Shown here: positions 23,600 to 36,420 of the stretch, in pieces
How the letters are laid out: each line of letters begins with the position of its first letter
How positions within the stretch are numbered: position 1 is the stretch's first letter
Assembly (NCBI RefSeq): GCF_006345805.1
Contig: NW_021835991.1
Span: 1 to 64,000 of the forward strand
Origin: Octopus sinensis
Taxonomy: Eukaryota
Reading direction: 5' to 3'
Length of the DNA: 64,000 nt
Position numbers and translations under genes: made by a program
The notes under the pieces: generated by a model
What the model was told of the DNA's origin: nothing
What the model saw: the letters and a program-made list of their open reading frames with translations, nothing else
The model's database searches: none

Positions 23600-25320
23600 C
23601 TAATTAATGTCATCCCTATTTTTTCTACAAAATAACAAATAAAATAACTTTTTTTTCTCTTTATTTACAAAAGACGTCTCGAACACATTTCCATCACAAC
23701 CAGACATAGACTGATTAACCGTCTTCTTCCTTTTTACAACCACAGTCTCGACATTGGCTGCATCCTCGGTCACAATGGGGACAAATTCAGCAGATTCCAT
23801 CAGCTTCTTTCTCTTAGTCCCCTTCCCGGCCACCATTGGAGACACCTCCCATGGAGAAGGTATCGCCAAGTTCAATTTAAACCTCAATTGTCGATATTGA
23901 CTAAATTAGCCATCAAATCGTACTGGTCAATCCACTCTTGTGGGGTTGTCTCATTTCTACGTCCATATTGAAGCAACATTCCATTCTCTATCAAATGTTT
24001 CTTCAATTTAGACTAAAACACAATTTCCCGCCATAAATAGACCTACCACATCACCAAGTCCCCAACGACGTGGATATGTATCTCTTTCCATTAAAACCCT
24101 CTTAAGCTTAGCCACTACTCCATGACTACACATCCCAATGTCCGCAGACTCCATTTTGGCTACCCCCAAGGCAACCGCTTCTCCTTTCGTAGTAACTATT
24201 ACAACCACACTATCCAAGGTGATTCCTTCATCATATCTCAGTACTCCAGGGGCGAGGACCATTGCCCCATAGCACACAGCATTGACCTATTTTGTCATTT
24301 TTTGAACATACAGCTGAATCTTTGATAAAAATACGTTTGTAGGATAATAGTAAGCCTTCCATTGGTTTGATCACATGTCTGAGGTATGTTTCGTTATTTT
24401 TATTGTCGTAATACCACTGGGCGTCCAAGACGTCATGAAGAGTCACTAAATTGTCCTTAAAAATAATATTTTGACTAGTAATATACATATTCGGTAATTT
24501 TTCCTGATTGGACTCTTCTTAGTTCAGTCATTTCTGCCCCTACTCCAAGATGTACTCCAATATGCTCACAAAGTGTACGGATATATGTCCCTGCTTCACA
24601 TTTTACAGAAAAAAGTGCTATATAATAAAAATTATATTTACCAATGTTTTTATCCTTGTGGAATTCTAATAATTTTGACTCGAAAATTGTTCGAACTCGC
24701 AACTGTCTTTTAACTGCCGCAATCGCTGGAGGTTTTTGAAAAATTGACCCACGAAAATAAGAAAGTGACTAAAAATATTAATAAAAAAAACATTTTGAAT
24801 TTCCGTGATATTTTTTATCGCTTTATGTAAGCTCATGACACAGACATACTCTTTTCCGGCTGTTTGTTGCGATTTGACTAATCTTGTGGCATTTTCTATA
24901 CACACAATAAGACATCCAGTGACCTAAATGGGCTAAAAATGTCTTTTTTGTAACCTTTGGGTCTAATGTGCCAGAATGGCCTGTTTTATTCACTCTGAGA
25001 ATTCTCTTTACCCACGCCACTACTTCATGAGAGGACGGATTTGCTGGTTTATCCAAATTAATAAATCCAGATCTATGTTTATAGTATAATATATTAAAAT
25101 GCCTTATATATTGATCAATTGGTCTGTTTAAAGGGGAAACTCCGTATGGAAGAGGTACGTAGTGATTGGTTCGTACATTTAGTTTTTCGTAGTTCTTTTT
25201 AAAATTGAATTTAGTGGGGATTACTTTGAGTAATAAAGGCCATTTTTTGGATTTTAAACGTTGGCCTTTAAGGTTTGGTTCTTCTGTCTTAAATAGGTTT
25301 TATTTTAGATTTTATACCAT
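23600..25320 (-). CDS. DKC1: Dyskerin / H/ACA pseudouridine synthase (Cbf5), intact, 10-11 introns of 23-34 nt
   Basis: Spliced protein has [62 protein letters not shown] and a lysine-rich tail. Introns include 25288-25317, 25195-25224, 25073-25102 (GC-AG), 24924-24954, 24769-24791, 24618-24641, 24456-24486, 24287-24311, 24013-24046, 23901-23923. Confidence 0.96.
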
Positions 25321-25598
25321 GTTTTCGTGCTCCAGGTACATTATGTGATATACAACACTTCACGTGCTTAATTTATTTTAATAATTTATTTAATATTTTT
25401 ATTTATTAATTAATATTATATATATTGTATAATATTTTTAATACAAAAATAAATTATATTCTTAAGTATTTTTAAAAATCAATGATTAATATATAAAAAA
25501 ACGAGTTATAGATATTTATTTTATTATTTTTTATAATTATTCTTAATAAACTATTATATTAAATTAAAAAACATTTAATTTTATAAAAGAAATAAATA

Positions 25599-26164
25599 TT
25601 ATTTATTTCTCGATTTCTTGTGGTTTACTGTTGTCCAACCGGATTCTTCCTCATCAACTTGTTTATACAATTCACGATCATTTTCAATCTTTTTATTACA
25701 TTCTTCCATCTCCATTGGAATATTTTCATAATTTAAATCACAAGACAAATCAGAAATTTTGTTTAGTTCAATATTCAGCTGTTGCCAATTCGTCCTTAAA
25801 TTAAACAAATTAACCACAACATGAGCAACCTAATGAAATAAATTTAAAAATTATTTACATAACGAATCGAAATGTCGTCTTCCTCTATAATAAGGCCCAA
25901 TGAGTCATAAAAGAAGTCAAAAATGTCTTCTTTGACTTCATCCTCTGAAAGTGGATCTTAAAGTTATAAAATGTCAAAAAAACCTTTAATTAGTTGATCG
26001 GTCATTTCATTTATAAAAATAGTCAATTTATTGTCACAATCATTTTCATTTTTTGCGGTCTTTCGATTATATATTTATTTTTATGCCTGAAATATATTCC
26101 AGTGTTGGAAAAGTTGATAGATTGATTGTTTTATTTTGTATAATATTTCATTGTCGCAATTCAT
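25599..26164 (-). CDS. TSR2: Pre-rRNA-processing protein TSR2 homologue, 3 introns
   Basis: LFQHWNIFQ..EDEVKEDIFDFFYDSLGLIIEEDDISIRYVA..GWTTVNHKK matches the TSR2 W..LQ / EDGS / GWTxV pattern. Introns 26060-26086 (GC-AG), 25957-25983, 25830-25858. Confidence 0.8.
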
Positions 26165-26279
26165 ATTATTAAAATACACCACGTAGCCTATTTTAAAAGC
26201 ATGATTTTATTTGATTTAGTTTTACAAAAATATTATTTAATTAAATTTATTAAAAAATTAAAATGTAAGATTGACGTTC

Positions 26280-26960
26280 AGTTAGCTGGGGAATTGTCTA
26301 CTGTTGAGCTCTTATTGGCAAAAGCTGGCCTTATGGCTCTTTAGGGCTGGCCTTGTCACGAATGAAAGCTGTGGAAGAACTTTTAAATAAGTGACAAGAT
26401 CGATAAAGGGGAAACCCATTTACCGATGGTGAATATATCAAGTCATGTTTTATTAAAACATGTGAAGAACTATTTCACGATTTTTAAATTAAGACAGAAA
26501 TCGTGATTAAGATAATTAATATACCTTTATCGACAAAAATTGTAGCTGACATGATTTTTAAGATGTCTTCGAATGTAATTATTTAGATAAATCGTGTGAT
26601 ATAAATGACATTACACAAGTATTTTTGACATATTATATTTTGATCTTTTTGTTTGTTTGTTGGAGGGTTCCATTGGCAAGAACTTTTGGCATTATTGTGT
26701 CTAACGTCAGTAAAACTTATTTTAAAAATGCTTTTTGGTATATGAGAGATTCTTTCAAACATGGTCTTACAATGAAAATGCTTAAATATAAGTTTTAGGA
26801 TTTTAGAAAAGAAAATACATCTCTATCGTTTATATAACATCTTCTTTGTGCTAAACTGAGCAATTTAAAGTTATTCCTGTTTGAATTTAACGCAGCTGAG
26901 TTCATAATGCAACTTTAGAATTGATATGTAAGGATTTATTGGTATCAAAGTTTATTCACT
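26280..26960 (+). mobile_element. Decayed hAT fragment
   Basis: PFTDGEYIKSCF motif and ATGGCTCTTT-type subterminal sequence. Confidence 0.5.
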
Positions 26961-27237
26961 TTTCAGAAAAACCTGAAAAAAAATTATTAGGTAAAATTAA
27001 GAGTGATAAAGATTTATACTAAAGAAACCCGACAATATGATTTTCAAAAGTCTTAGTACTTTTCCGGATTCTTTTTATAAATTAAAAAAATTTGCATATT
27101 AAATTTTAAAAATATCTGGGTCAATTCATTTGTATGAAAAAAGTTTTTGGACTTGATAATTTTTAATATTTTCTGTTAATTTTTTGTTATTTTATTTGTA
27201 TATGAATGATTTGAAATAAATAGTATAAATTATAATT

Positions 27238-28187
27238 ATGTATATTCGCTATTTTCATATAATCATCATTACTTATTTAATATGGGGTACAATTGGAGTC
27301 ATTGGGACAATTTTAATATGGAACAATAATAGATCACTAGACTATGCCGATATCACCCCCAGTTTCAGGTACTATACAATAACGAGAAATGTTCAGTAAC
27401 ATGGATAACATTACACTGGAAAGTTCATTTCTTTTATCAATATGGAACAATCATAAACCACTAAATTTCACTTATCTCATCCCCTATATCAGGTAGCATT
27501 AAATAACGAACAAATATTCAGTGACATGGCTAACAATCGGCCACAAAGTTCATTTTTTTCATTATTTTTTACAATTTCGTTTCTTCACGGTTTGTATTAT
27601 ATTTAATATATAGCATTGGTTATTGCATATATAATATTAATCTATAATCGACAGAAGCTGGAAATCCTTCAAAAACCCCAATTATTGAATAATATATTAT
27701 TCCTTATTGAATTTATATCGGCTTTTGCAATCCTAATTCCAATCAATTTCCAGGTTTTTAAGTTTCATTGGAAATTCAATTAGTTTGACCCACTTCGAAA
27801 GGTACACTTATTCGGAGCATTCATTGGGTTTTTTGGGAATACAATCGGGATTTGTATGCTGGTTAAGGTCTCTAAAATGCTTTACCCACAATTCAAAACT
27901 AGGCAGGCGATTATATTCGAGTCGATTTTGGCAATTCTTAATGTTATTTCTTTTGCGATGTGTATGTGATGTAAGTTTTAACGTCTAGTTGTCATCTTTT
28001 ATATTTTATCGAACAGCTTCGACAATAGAGTAATGTTTTTTTATAAGAATAGAATTTTTATCCTGTAAGTTCATTTTTTGAATGGATGATGCTTCCGCTT
28101 ACATTTTTATTTTTTGGATCTTACTATTTTGAATTTCGAGAACTCTGCGTTGAAATTCGCCTTGTGCAAGAAAAATTACCTGAATAA
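27238..28187 (+). CDS. DRAM/TMEM150 (Frag1/DRAM/Sfk1 family) membrane protein, intact, 6 introns
   Basis: Open spliced frame with family motifs PYISD, NFQ..VHLFGAFIGF, SSFFEW..F..FR. Introns 27369-27396, 27493-27521, 27590-27613, 27754-27783, 27962-27988, 28030-28052 (23-30 nt, all GT-AG). Confidence 0.82.
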
Positions 28188-31100
28188 TTAATATTTCTTA
28201 TATAAAATTTGTTTGATTATTCATTATTATAATGCCACAATAACAAAATTTGGTCATTGTAGATATAGAGCAAGTACACTTGAAGCAGATAAAGTAATTG
28301 TTGAAAAATATTATAAAAAGTTAGTCCCGACGGTTTGAAGACTCAAGTGACCTACACAGTGATTAGATAATATTAAGTTATATGTTTAAGACACAAAACT
28401 ATGTATTAAGAACTGCAAGCCCGCCTTTATAAAATTAAATGATATCGCCAATAAGTTTGCGACTAAAGGAGCAAAAATACTAAAAAACCGACTGGAAATC
28501 AAAAACGAGAAATTAATAATTATGTTAATACTTTGGAGGATATTTTCGAAAAGGAACTACATAATACAATATTGTCAGGAATAAAGGAAATAAATTACGA
28601 TCAAAACAAACATCAAACACTGCTCCAAATTATTCGTTAAAATACTCAGTGTAACCTACCTTTGTGTTTACCAAGACGTTATAATTATTTTAAAAATTGG
28701 CAAAAAGTCTTTGTATTCTCTTCTCAGAGGTTTTTCTCTTTTTGGATAAATTGTGCCTGAGTCCGTCATTAAATTCTTAATGGATATGCAACCATGTGCT
28801 ACATTTCTAATTATAATTCTCGTGACCTTAAATACTATTTTTATTTGCCTTTCCAATGGGTGTTTGCGTATGAGCAAACCATAAATAATCTACTTAGAAG
28901 GGAAGGACTGGATTGATCATTTCGGGTATTATTCGCTATTTCCATCATTACATTCACTTTTAAAATTTACATAAAATTTCAATTTCCATTCTCCATGGGA
29001 ACATTAAAGAAATTCTCTCCACAGAAAAATAACTTATATTTTTGATTAATAAAATTTAATTATTTAGAGATGTGAAAAATAGATTTTCAGTGGCTCCGAA
29101 TTTCTCTAGCTTAAATTTCCTGTCTTGCTAATTCTGAATTTTCTGCAAAAATACAAATGAAGAATTTAACAACTTTATTTTTTATTTAGGAATAAGAATA
29201 ATTGAGCATTCTTTTACATCTTGTAGGAAGAAAATCTGGTACGATATTGTTAAAACACCAACCGACAATCATTGTAAAGAATTGACTGTAATGACGAGTT
29301 TAGTGGAAGGAGAAATGTTTTTATGGCGAGATATCCGATACTTCCGTCAATTAGCTATGGAAATATATTTCGATTAAACCTGGCCGTATTAAGCATTTGT
29401 ATGAAGGATTGCTACTTTCATTAAAAACTACGCACACGCTATTTATGGTTTTATCAAATTTAAAAATTAATATCACAATTAATGCACCAAATAAACTTCT
29501 AATTAATTTCCATTATAGATATCTGAAAAATCAAATGTTTAGATGAGCTGTAGACTAAGTCTACGAATGAGGGGCAATACTGTCCGCCTGATTTGTTTGA
29601 CAAGGAAAGTTTGAAATCCTTTTACTTTAACAGGACATATTGATAGATCAATCCTATCACCAATTAGCTTATGTTCAAATTCAGAAATCTTTTAGGACAC
29701 CAGATAATCTATATAGACCGAATTCATCTTCATTTTATTTTCAAGCAGATAATCAATTTGTGTTTTTGTTTATTATCGTCCTTTAGATAAAAATATAAAT
29801 TCGGGATTGAAAATACCGATCATCAATTATCATAAATTGATTCGCCTTTCCTATAAGTTTGTATTTTCAGATTTAGATGTAGTATATAGAGGTTTTTGGA
29901 GTAATACATTTACCAGATTTTAGCATTCACTGTCATTTTTCACGTAACCTAAGGATTGAGACTATACTGATACAACATCTTTCGGGAGATACCATCTTTT
30001 AATTAAAATGACGCTTATGATAAATTATTTTTTTTGTTTATTTAATGTCAAACTATGTAAGTCACGCTGTCAACAATGAAGGTCGCTCTGGTCGCCTGTG
30101 TAAGGCGGGCATATTAAACCAACTTCAAGATTATGAGGATTTGCCTTATGTGCGCATATCGATTCTAAGGGATGACATTGAACACCCTCCATTTTGCATC
30201 CAAAATCTCATACGAAATTTGTATGGTCCTTGTTATCATTGAAAAAAATTCTGAACAACATTCTGGATTGATTTTGTACAAGCCCGGGATCCAGAATTGT
30301 GGTAGAGTATATGTTTTAGCAGTTATACATGAAAACGATACATGATAATTTGAAAATTTTCATTAATGTAATAATAAAAACGATAAACTATTTTAAAGCC
30401 AAAGCACTCAATTCGCGTCCCAATTTTTAGATATTTTCTTGATAAATACTATTGTTTCTAAATAACCCATTTTCAATTTCAGTTGAAAATCTTCCTTCTG
30501 AAAATTGTATAATTCAGGAAGAATTTATCGACATGAAAAATGATGCATATGAAAACACGTATTTACTGATGTTTCGCGAAACGATTTCTGTATTCAGATT
30601 GCTGATTCCTATTCAGATTTGGCAAAAGTGGTACTTTAGTGCTTATTTCATTTTCAACTAACATATGAGTATGAGACGGAATTTTCAACACTACCTACCA
30701 TTAAATCAAAATTCCGAAATCCAGTTACTATTGCAGTTATATCCAGTTATAAATTAGGTATGTCAAATGAAGAAAAAAAAATTAAAAATCATGTTTGTTT
30801 CAAACAATAATTTATCAAATATCATTTCTTAGGCCGAGATGGTGCAGTGCTTGAAAAACTTGGTAGAAAAAATTAATTTTCTTAGTAAATTAGCCAATTT
30901 GAAAATTGGCGACAATTTTTGAATTAATTTTTTTTGTTTAGAAAAATTACTACAACCAATGGATTTTGGAATTATAAAAACCTTCAAGACTCATTTCATG
31001 AGAAGAAAGCTAAAGTAGTTAACTGATTTGCTGGAGACTTAAAATATTTCTGTATACAATTCATACAAAAAATTGACATTAAAAGATGCAATTTTGTTTG

Positions 31101-31394
31101 TTAATATGGGTGGGGGTGACGTATCTACTGAAACCATTCAAAATTGTTTTATGATTTTAAATAAATCTAGTCTCGAAAATCCATTAATTTAACATTATGA
31201 CACTGAAATTGAAAGAATTGATATTTTAGATCCTTTAATGAGTCAAGATTTTTTAAATATCGAATGCACATCAATTTTTACAATAAATTAGTACCTATTT
31301 AAGACCATAATCTGTTTAACAAATTTAAAAAGTAACCTAAAACTTGAATGACAGCAGACCACGATTAATTTGTATAAAATACGTGAATTAAGAT

Positions 31395-31740
31395 ATTGGT
31401 TTAGCTAGACAATAATGATGTTGTCCTTTCATATGCGGATGACATCGTATTAGCCTCACGGGACCAGGACATCCAGAAGGCCTCTAAAAAACTCCAAGCT
31501 AACTTCGATCGGCTCAACCTATGGCTAACTGACAACCGAATCGTGATAAACGCGGAGAAATCCGCCACCTCACTTTTCACATCTGATAAAAGATTGGGAA
31601 TGGCTTCTATCGACTTGAAGTTTAACAGTGTGTCCATACCCTTATACAGGAGTCAGACGGTCCTAGGGGTACCCTCGAGATGCACCTTTGCTTCTCCTCG
31701 GACGCAGACAACCTTCTTTACAAATGCAAAAAAAATTAAA
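31395..31740 (+). mobile_element. Family-B RT fragment
   Basis: LSYADDIVLASRD..LNLWLTDNRIVINAEKS. Confidence 0.75.
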
Positions 31741-31959
31741 ATTACACATCGATAAAACAAAATTAAATCGCTGCTTTTTCCATGATATGATTATGCAGTG
31801 TTTATAAGTAACTTATTTTGCTTAAATTAATTACAGATCTCTTTGACACTATAAAGGTTGATGAACAGGTTGATCACGAATGTTATATATATTCTCTAAA
31901 AAGTGAATGAAATTATTTTTAGAAAAATATTATTTTTGAACACTTGATACTTATCTTTG

Positions 31960-34900
31960 TGTAATACATTCCAAGATTTCTATTCACCAAAGCTGAAAAA
32001 GTGGCCAGCTAACTTCCTCAGCGGTCGAAGAGGCCGGATCCAACAAAACAATACAAGATCGATGTCACGAAATTTTCCAAACGGAGTCCCTCAAGGCTCA
32101 CCCCTTTCACCAGCCCTTTTTAACTTATTCTTATCGGATCTCCCGCTACCAAACGACAAAGACTCAATCATCCATATATTATAAAGACAATCTGATGGTG
32201 AGGGACTTGAAAATCGTCGAACAAAATTTGTGCGAACTGATTACATTGAAACTACTAACATCCCTTGGATGGATATCTGTCGGAGCTATGTACTCCAAAG
32301 CAATGAAGAATTATCAAAATCTTATTGAAGAATTTTTCCAGAACAATGATAGAGGAATTCTAATAGGAGACCTTAACGCAAAACACACATCGTACGGATG
32401 TGCCAACACAAATTCGGACGGTAATATACTCCTCAGATTATCGGAGAACTGCGGTTTTAGTGTTTTGACCTCACGAGAACCAAACCACTTCTCTTGTTAT
32501 GGAGAGGATTGTATTGGAGTTTTCCTCGTATCGGCAGATCTTGTTCATCAATGCAGCATACCAAGGATTGAGATAAACATTGGTAGTGATCACCTACCTC
32601 AATCCTTGTGTATGCGAACATCATCTACGATATGCGAAGATCTGTTTATCGGATACGATACGTCTCGGACAATCTGGTCGGACCTTGAGGTATCAATGAA
32701 AAAGCATTTGACACCGTATCCAATACAAAACATCTCTTCGAATATACAAATTGAAAAACTTGATAAAATTCTCAGAGAAGCTATACTGGACTTTCTCCGA
32801 AAATCTTCAATCAGGAAATACATCATGTCAAATACTAACAGAAAAACCCGGATTGACGAATCTTTGGGAAAACTTATAAAATGGAAGGGAAACCTTGAAA
32901 AGAAGCTAAGACGATGCAGTGACCCCATAGATCGTATTCGTCTTCGGGATAAGATTCGTACCGTGAAAATAGAGATAAATGATGTCGCAAAAAAACATTC
33001 AGACCTTGCTTGGAAGAGTCAATGCTCGAAACTGAATAAGAAAAACCCTCATTTTTGGAAGGTTTTCAACAGACTGAGTAATATGGAGAACAAAGGAGAA
33101 GAGATCCGACTAAAAACAACTGAAGGGATAGATATCCCGCTCGATGAAGTTCCCTCACATCTGCGAAGTCAACTGGCAAAAGTTCAAGAGGTGGATCCGA
33201 TCGACATGGTTCCGAAAGAAGTTATATGTGAGGCTCAGAGAAGTCTAAGAGCTAATTTGAGTCATACGGGACCACTGTGCAGAGACATAACGTTGGAAGA
33301 AACGTATGCCGCAATTATGAGCTGCAAGAATAATGCACCCGGCCATGACTACATTCCAATTTCTGTATTCAAACATGCTCCAAATATTCTCCTACGATAC
33401 TTGACCGCACTATACAATGCAAGCTGGAGACTTGGATACGTACCGGACTCTTGGAAAAAGTCAATCGTACGTATGATTCCAAAGCCTGGAAAAATAAAGG
33501 ACCATGCAGAGAACTATAGGCCGATAAGCCTAATATGCTCCGTCTCTAAAATTATGGAACGGATTGTCTTCACAAGACTTTCGAACTTCGTAGAGGAATC
33601 AGATGCACTTGCAGTAGAGCAGTGGGGATTCCGACGAAAAAGATCCTGTGGTGATTGTTTCGGAGAACTCGAGAAAGTCATCTCGCTTAGTCTTGCTAAT
33701 AATACAGCGACTATTGCTATCTGCCTCGATGTCTCAAAAGCTTTTGACAGCGTATGGCACCTGGGCCTCTTGGAAAGTGTCGCCAAGAGCAAACCCGGGT
33801 CTAAAACGGTCAATTGGCTGAAGAGCTATTTATCAATGAGAAGGTCATACATACGATGCGGAAACCGTTTGTCGGAATCTGTCGATCTCAAAAGAGGGGT
33901 ACCTCAAGGCTCGGTCTTGAGCCCCCTGCTTTTTAATATTTACGTTGCTGATATTCCAAAACCGAAAGATCCTACCAGTCGTCTCATGATCTACGCGGAC
34001 GACATATTAATAACGGATGCTTCGTGGAGAAAAGACATCTCGTGGAGGAAGTTAAAAGGATACGTGACAAGAGTGGAAGAATGGTGCATATCAAAAGGAC
34101 TGACGCTTGCAAAAGAAAAGTGCACCGCCACTTGGATTGCAAAACAGGGAGCAAAACGAAAACCGCCGAGAAACCTCTATGGGTTTACAGTAACGGAGAA
34201 CCTGAAATACCTTGGGGTTGAAGTTGGATCCAAGGGTTCTTACTTCAGATACATCGACTCGAGGAGAAGGAAATGCGCTCAAATTCTCAGGAGCATAATT
34301 CACTTCCACCTTTCCCCGGAAACGTTTTTATATGTTTATAAAACGTGCGTCGAACCATTGCTTACCTACGGGTTCGAGGGATGGTATCCTACTGCTGAAA
34401 GGGATGGCATTATCGCTAAGCTCGAAAAGACGAGGCGATATGCCATCAAATTGGCAAATGGACTCCAGTTGGACCAACCCATCCCTCAAGTGATGGAAGA
34501 CGCGACGGAAACGGTTGGAAGTGTTCTTGAGAGAGCCTTTTCTTCTCGAATTAAATATTAAAAAAAAAAAAAAAAAAAGAGGGAAACAACGAAGAAGAGG
34601 CATACGTTGTCTCATTAACTTTCTCCCTCTTTTTTCGGCTTTTCCGTTAATAAAAATTCATTCATTCATTTCATTCAAAGACTCAATCATACTATCATAT
34701 GCTGACGATATTGTGATTGCTACTCGGAGCTGTGAGGTTAACATAGCAAGTTCAAAACTACAGAACTACCTCCACAATCTCGAAAGTTGACTTTCGATAA
34801 ATCGACTATCAACAAATCCTGAAAAATCAGTCACTACGCTTCTGACTTCAGCGAGGAAGCTTGGGAAAATGGTGGTGAACTTATATCTAAACAACATGGA

Positions 34901-35200
34901 AATCCCCTTAAAAAATCCCAGAAAATCCTCGGCGCGACTTACGATAGTCATATGTGTTTCTCCCAACAAGTTGAAAATGTTACAACTAGGTACATGAAGA
35001 AACTGAACATCATAAAAGTGTTCCTCCGAAAATGCAAACAATGGATCAGCTTCCTCACACGCCAATCAATCTACCGGCAATACATCGAACCCTCCATTAG
35101 TTATGCTTGTTGGGCGTGGGGAGGGTCTGTCAGTGAAACAAACCGTGAAAAATCGAAAAAACTCAAGAAAGATTTCGGAAAGCACTACTAGGACCGAATG
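31960..35200 (+). mobile_element. Family-B RT copy split by a family-A LINE insertion
   Basis: NGVPQGSPLSPALFNL..NDKDSII stops at 32171 and resumes at 34676 as KDSIILSYADDIVIA..YIEPSISYACWAW. Confidence 0.85.
32172..34675 (+). mobile_element. LINE family A, 5'-truncated; 788-aa ORF (partial APE plus RT); 15-bp TSD
   Basis: ORF 32195-34561: GDLNAKH, IGSDHLP, YRPISLI, DVSKAFDSVWH, GVPQGSVLSPLLF, YADD. TSD CAAAGACTCAATCAT at 32157-32171 and 34676-34690. AATAAA then (TTCA)n tail. Confidence 0.95.
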
Positions 35201-36209
35201 AACATCTATACATCGAATGATTAATTAGTTCTATGTTTTGGACAATCGTGATCTTTAGCAAAATACTCTCATGAATGCTGTAATAAATTGCTGGACTAAC
35301 AAATTAGATGACGCCAATTCAAACAAAATTTTCCAAATAACCAACCACTTAATAATTGGATTCACAGGGAACATGCACGTTTTCGATAATTTGTTCATTT
35401 CAAGTCGTTTTAATTATTTGTATTTTTCTAATTAATTTGTTATGTAGATTGCAGCATCATGTGGATCCAGGAAATTTAATAATACTAATTACGTCCTTAA
35501 ATTATTGCTGAGCGGATCAGTTGATCAAAAATAATATAAATTAAAGAATAAAAACGTCAGACGAAGTAAAATTTTTTGCATTACTATCAGACACGCAGCC
35601 AAAACAGATTCTCATACTGGCAAAAATGCCATCGTTAGGAGAAATAAGATTTTGAGTAATCAAATAGACCAATATGGAGCATATGCAATTTACACTCATT
35701 TCACAGTCTCAGGGAGACGTACACCATCGGATATATTAAAAAAATAATTACATGAATAAAGAAATAAATTGAGTTATAAAATGATAAAAAAATAAAAATT
35801 TTCATTAAAAAATAAGATGAAATCCAATAAATGAAGATGACAGAAAAAATAATAGTTTTTCAAAAGTTTCAAAATAAGTAAAAACCAGATTAATAGAATA
35901 AAATCGGACAATATCATTAAAATTATGAAATTTCAGAAAATTTAATTATTAAAAGAAATTTATTCTTTCTGAATCCAATTAAATAAATAAAGTGTGACAA
36001 ATAATTGAATAAATACCACAAAGTAAATCAAGCGCGTGCTGACACGTGGTTTAATTTATTATTTGTTTTCAAAAATTAAGATAATTAAACAATAATTAAT
36101 AAAAAATAAACTTTATTTTAATTACAGCACAGTTTAAAATGTCAGTAATTTTTACCCTTGTTAAAGAACGGGAATCTAAGAATAATCAGAGTCTCAAAAG
36201 GGTGTTTTT

Positions 36210-36420
36210 TTATTTATTTAACCTCATTCCCCCTGATATTGGGAGGAATGCGGCACGAAGAAAACCGACAGACCTCTTAGGGTCACACCATAAGTTAAGG
36301 AGAGAAATCTTCTATAAGATCTCCTTATGGCGGTGAGATTTTGCAATCCAGAACGACGTGCGTTACTCTGTGTCGTCCGTCATGGCAGATTGGACAGGAC
36401 GCATCAACGTCCTTATCCAG
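36210..36420 (-). mobile_element. 3' end of an I-group-like LINE (CCHC zinc finger) with (TAAA)n tail
   Basis: Minus strand reads DASCPICHDGRHRVTHVVLDC (C-X2-C-X8-H-X4-C), then LWCDPKRSVGFL. Confidence 0.65.

Noticed and set aside
36210-36420. GC-rich island with several hairpins, considered as a structured ncRNA or ribozyme
   Set aside because: The minus strand encodes a CCHC zinc finger and ends in a (TAAA)n tail, so a LINE 3' end explains it. No ribozyme core was recognised.
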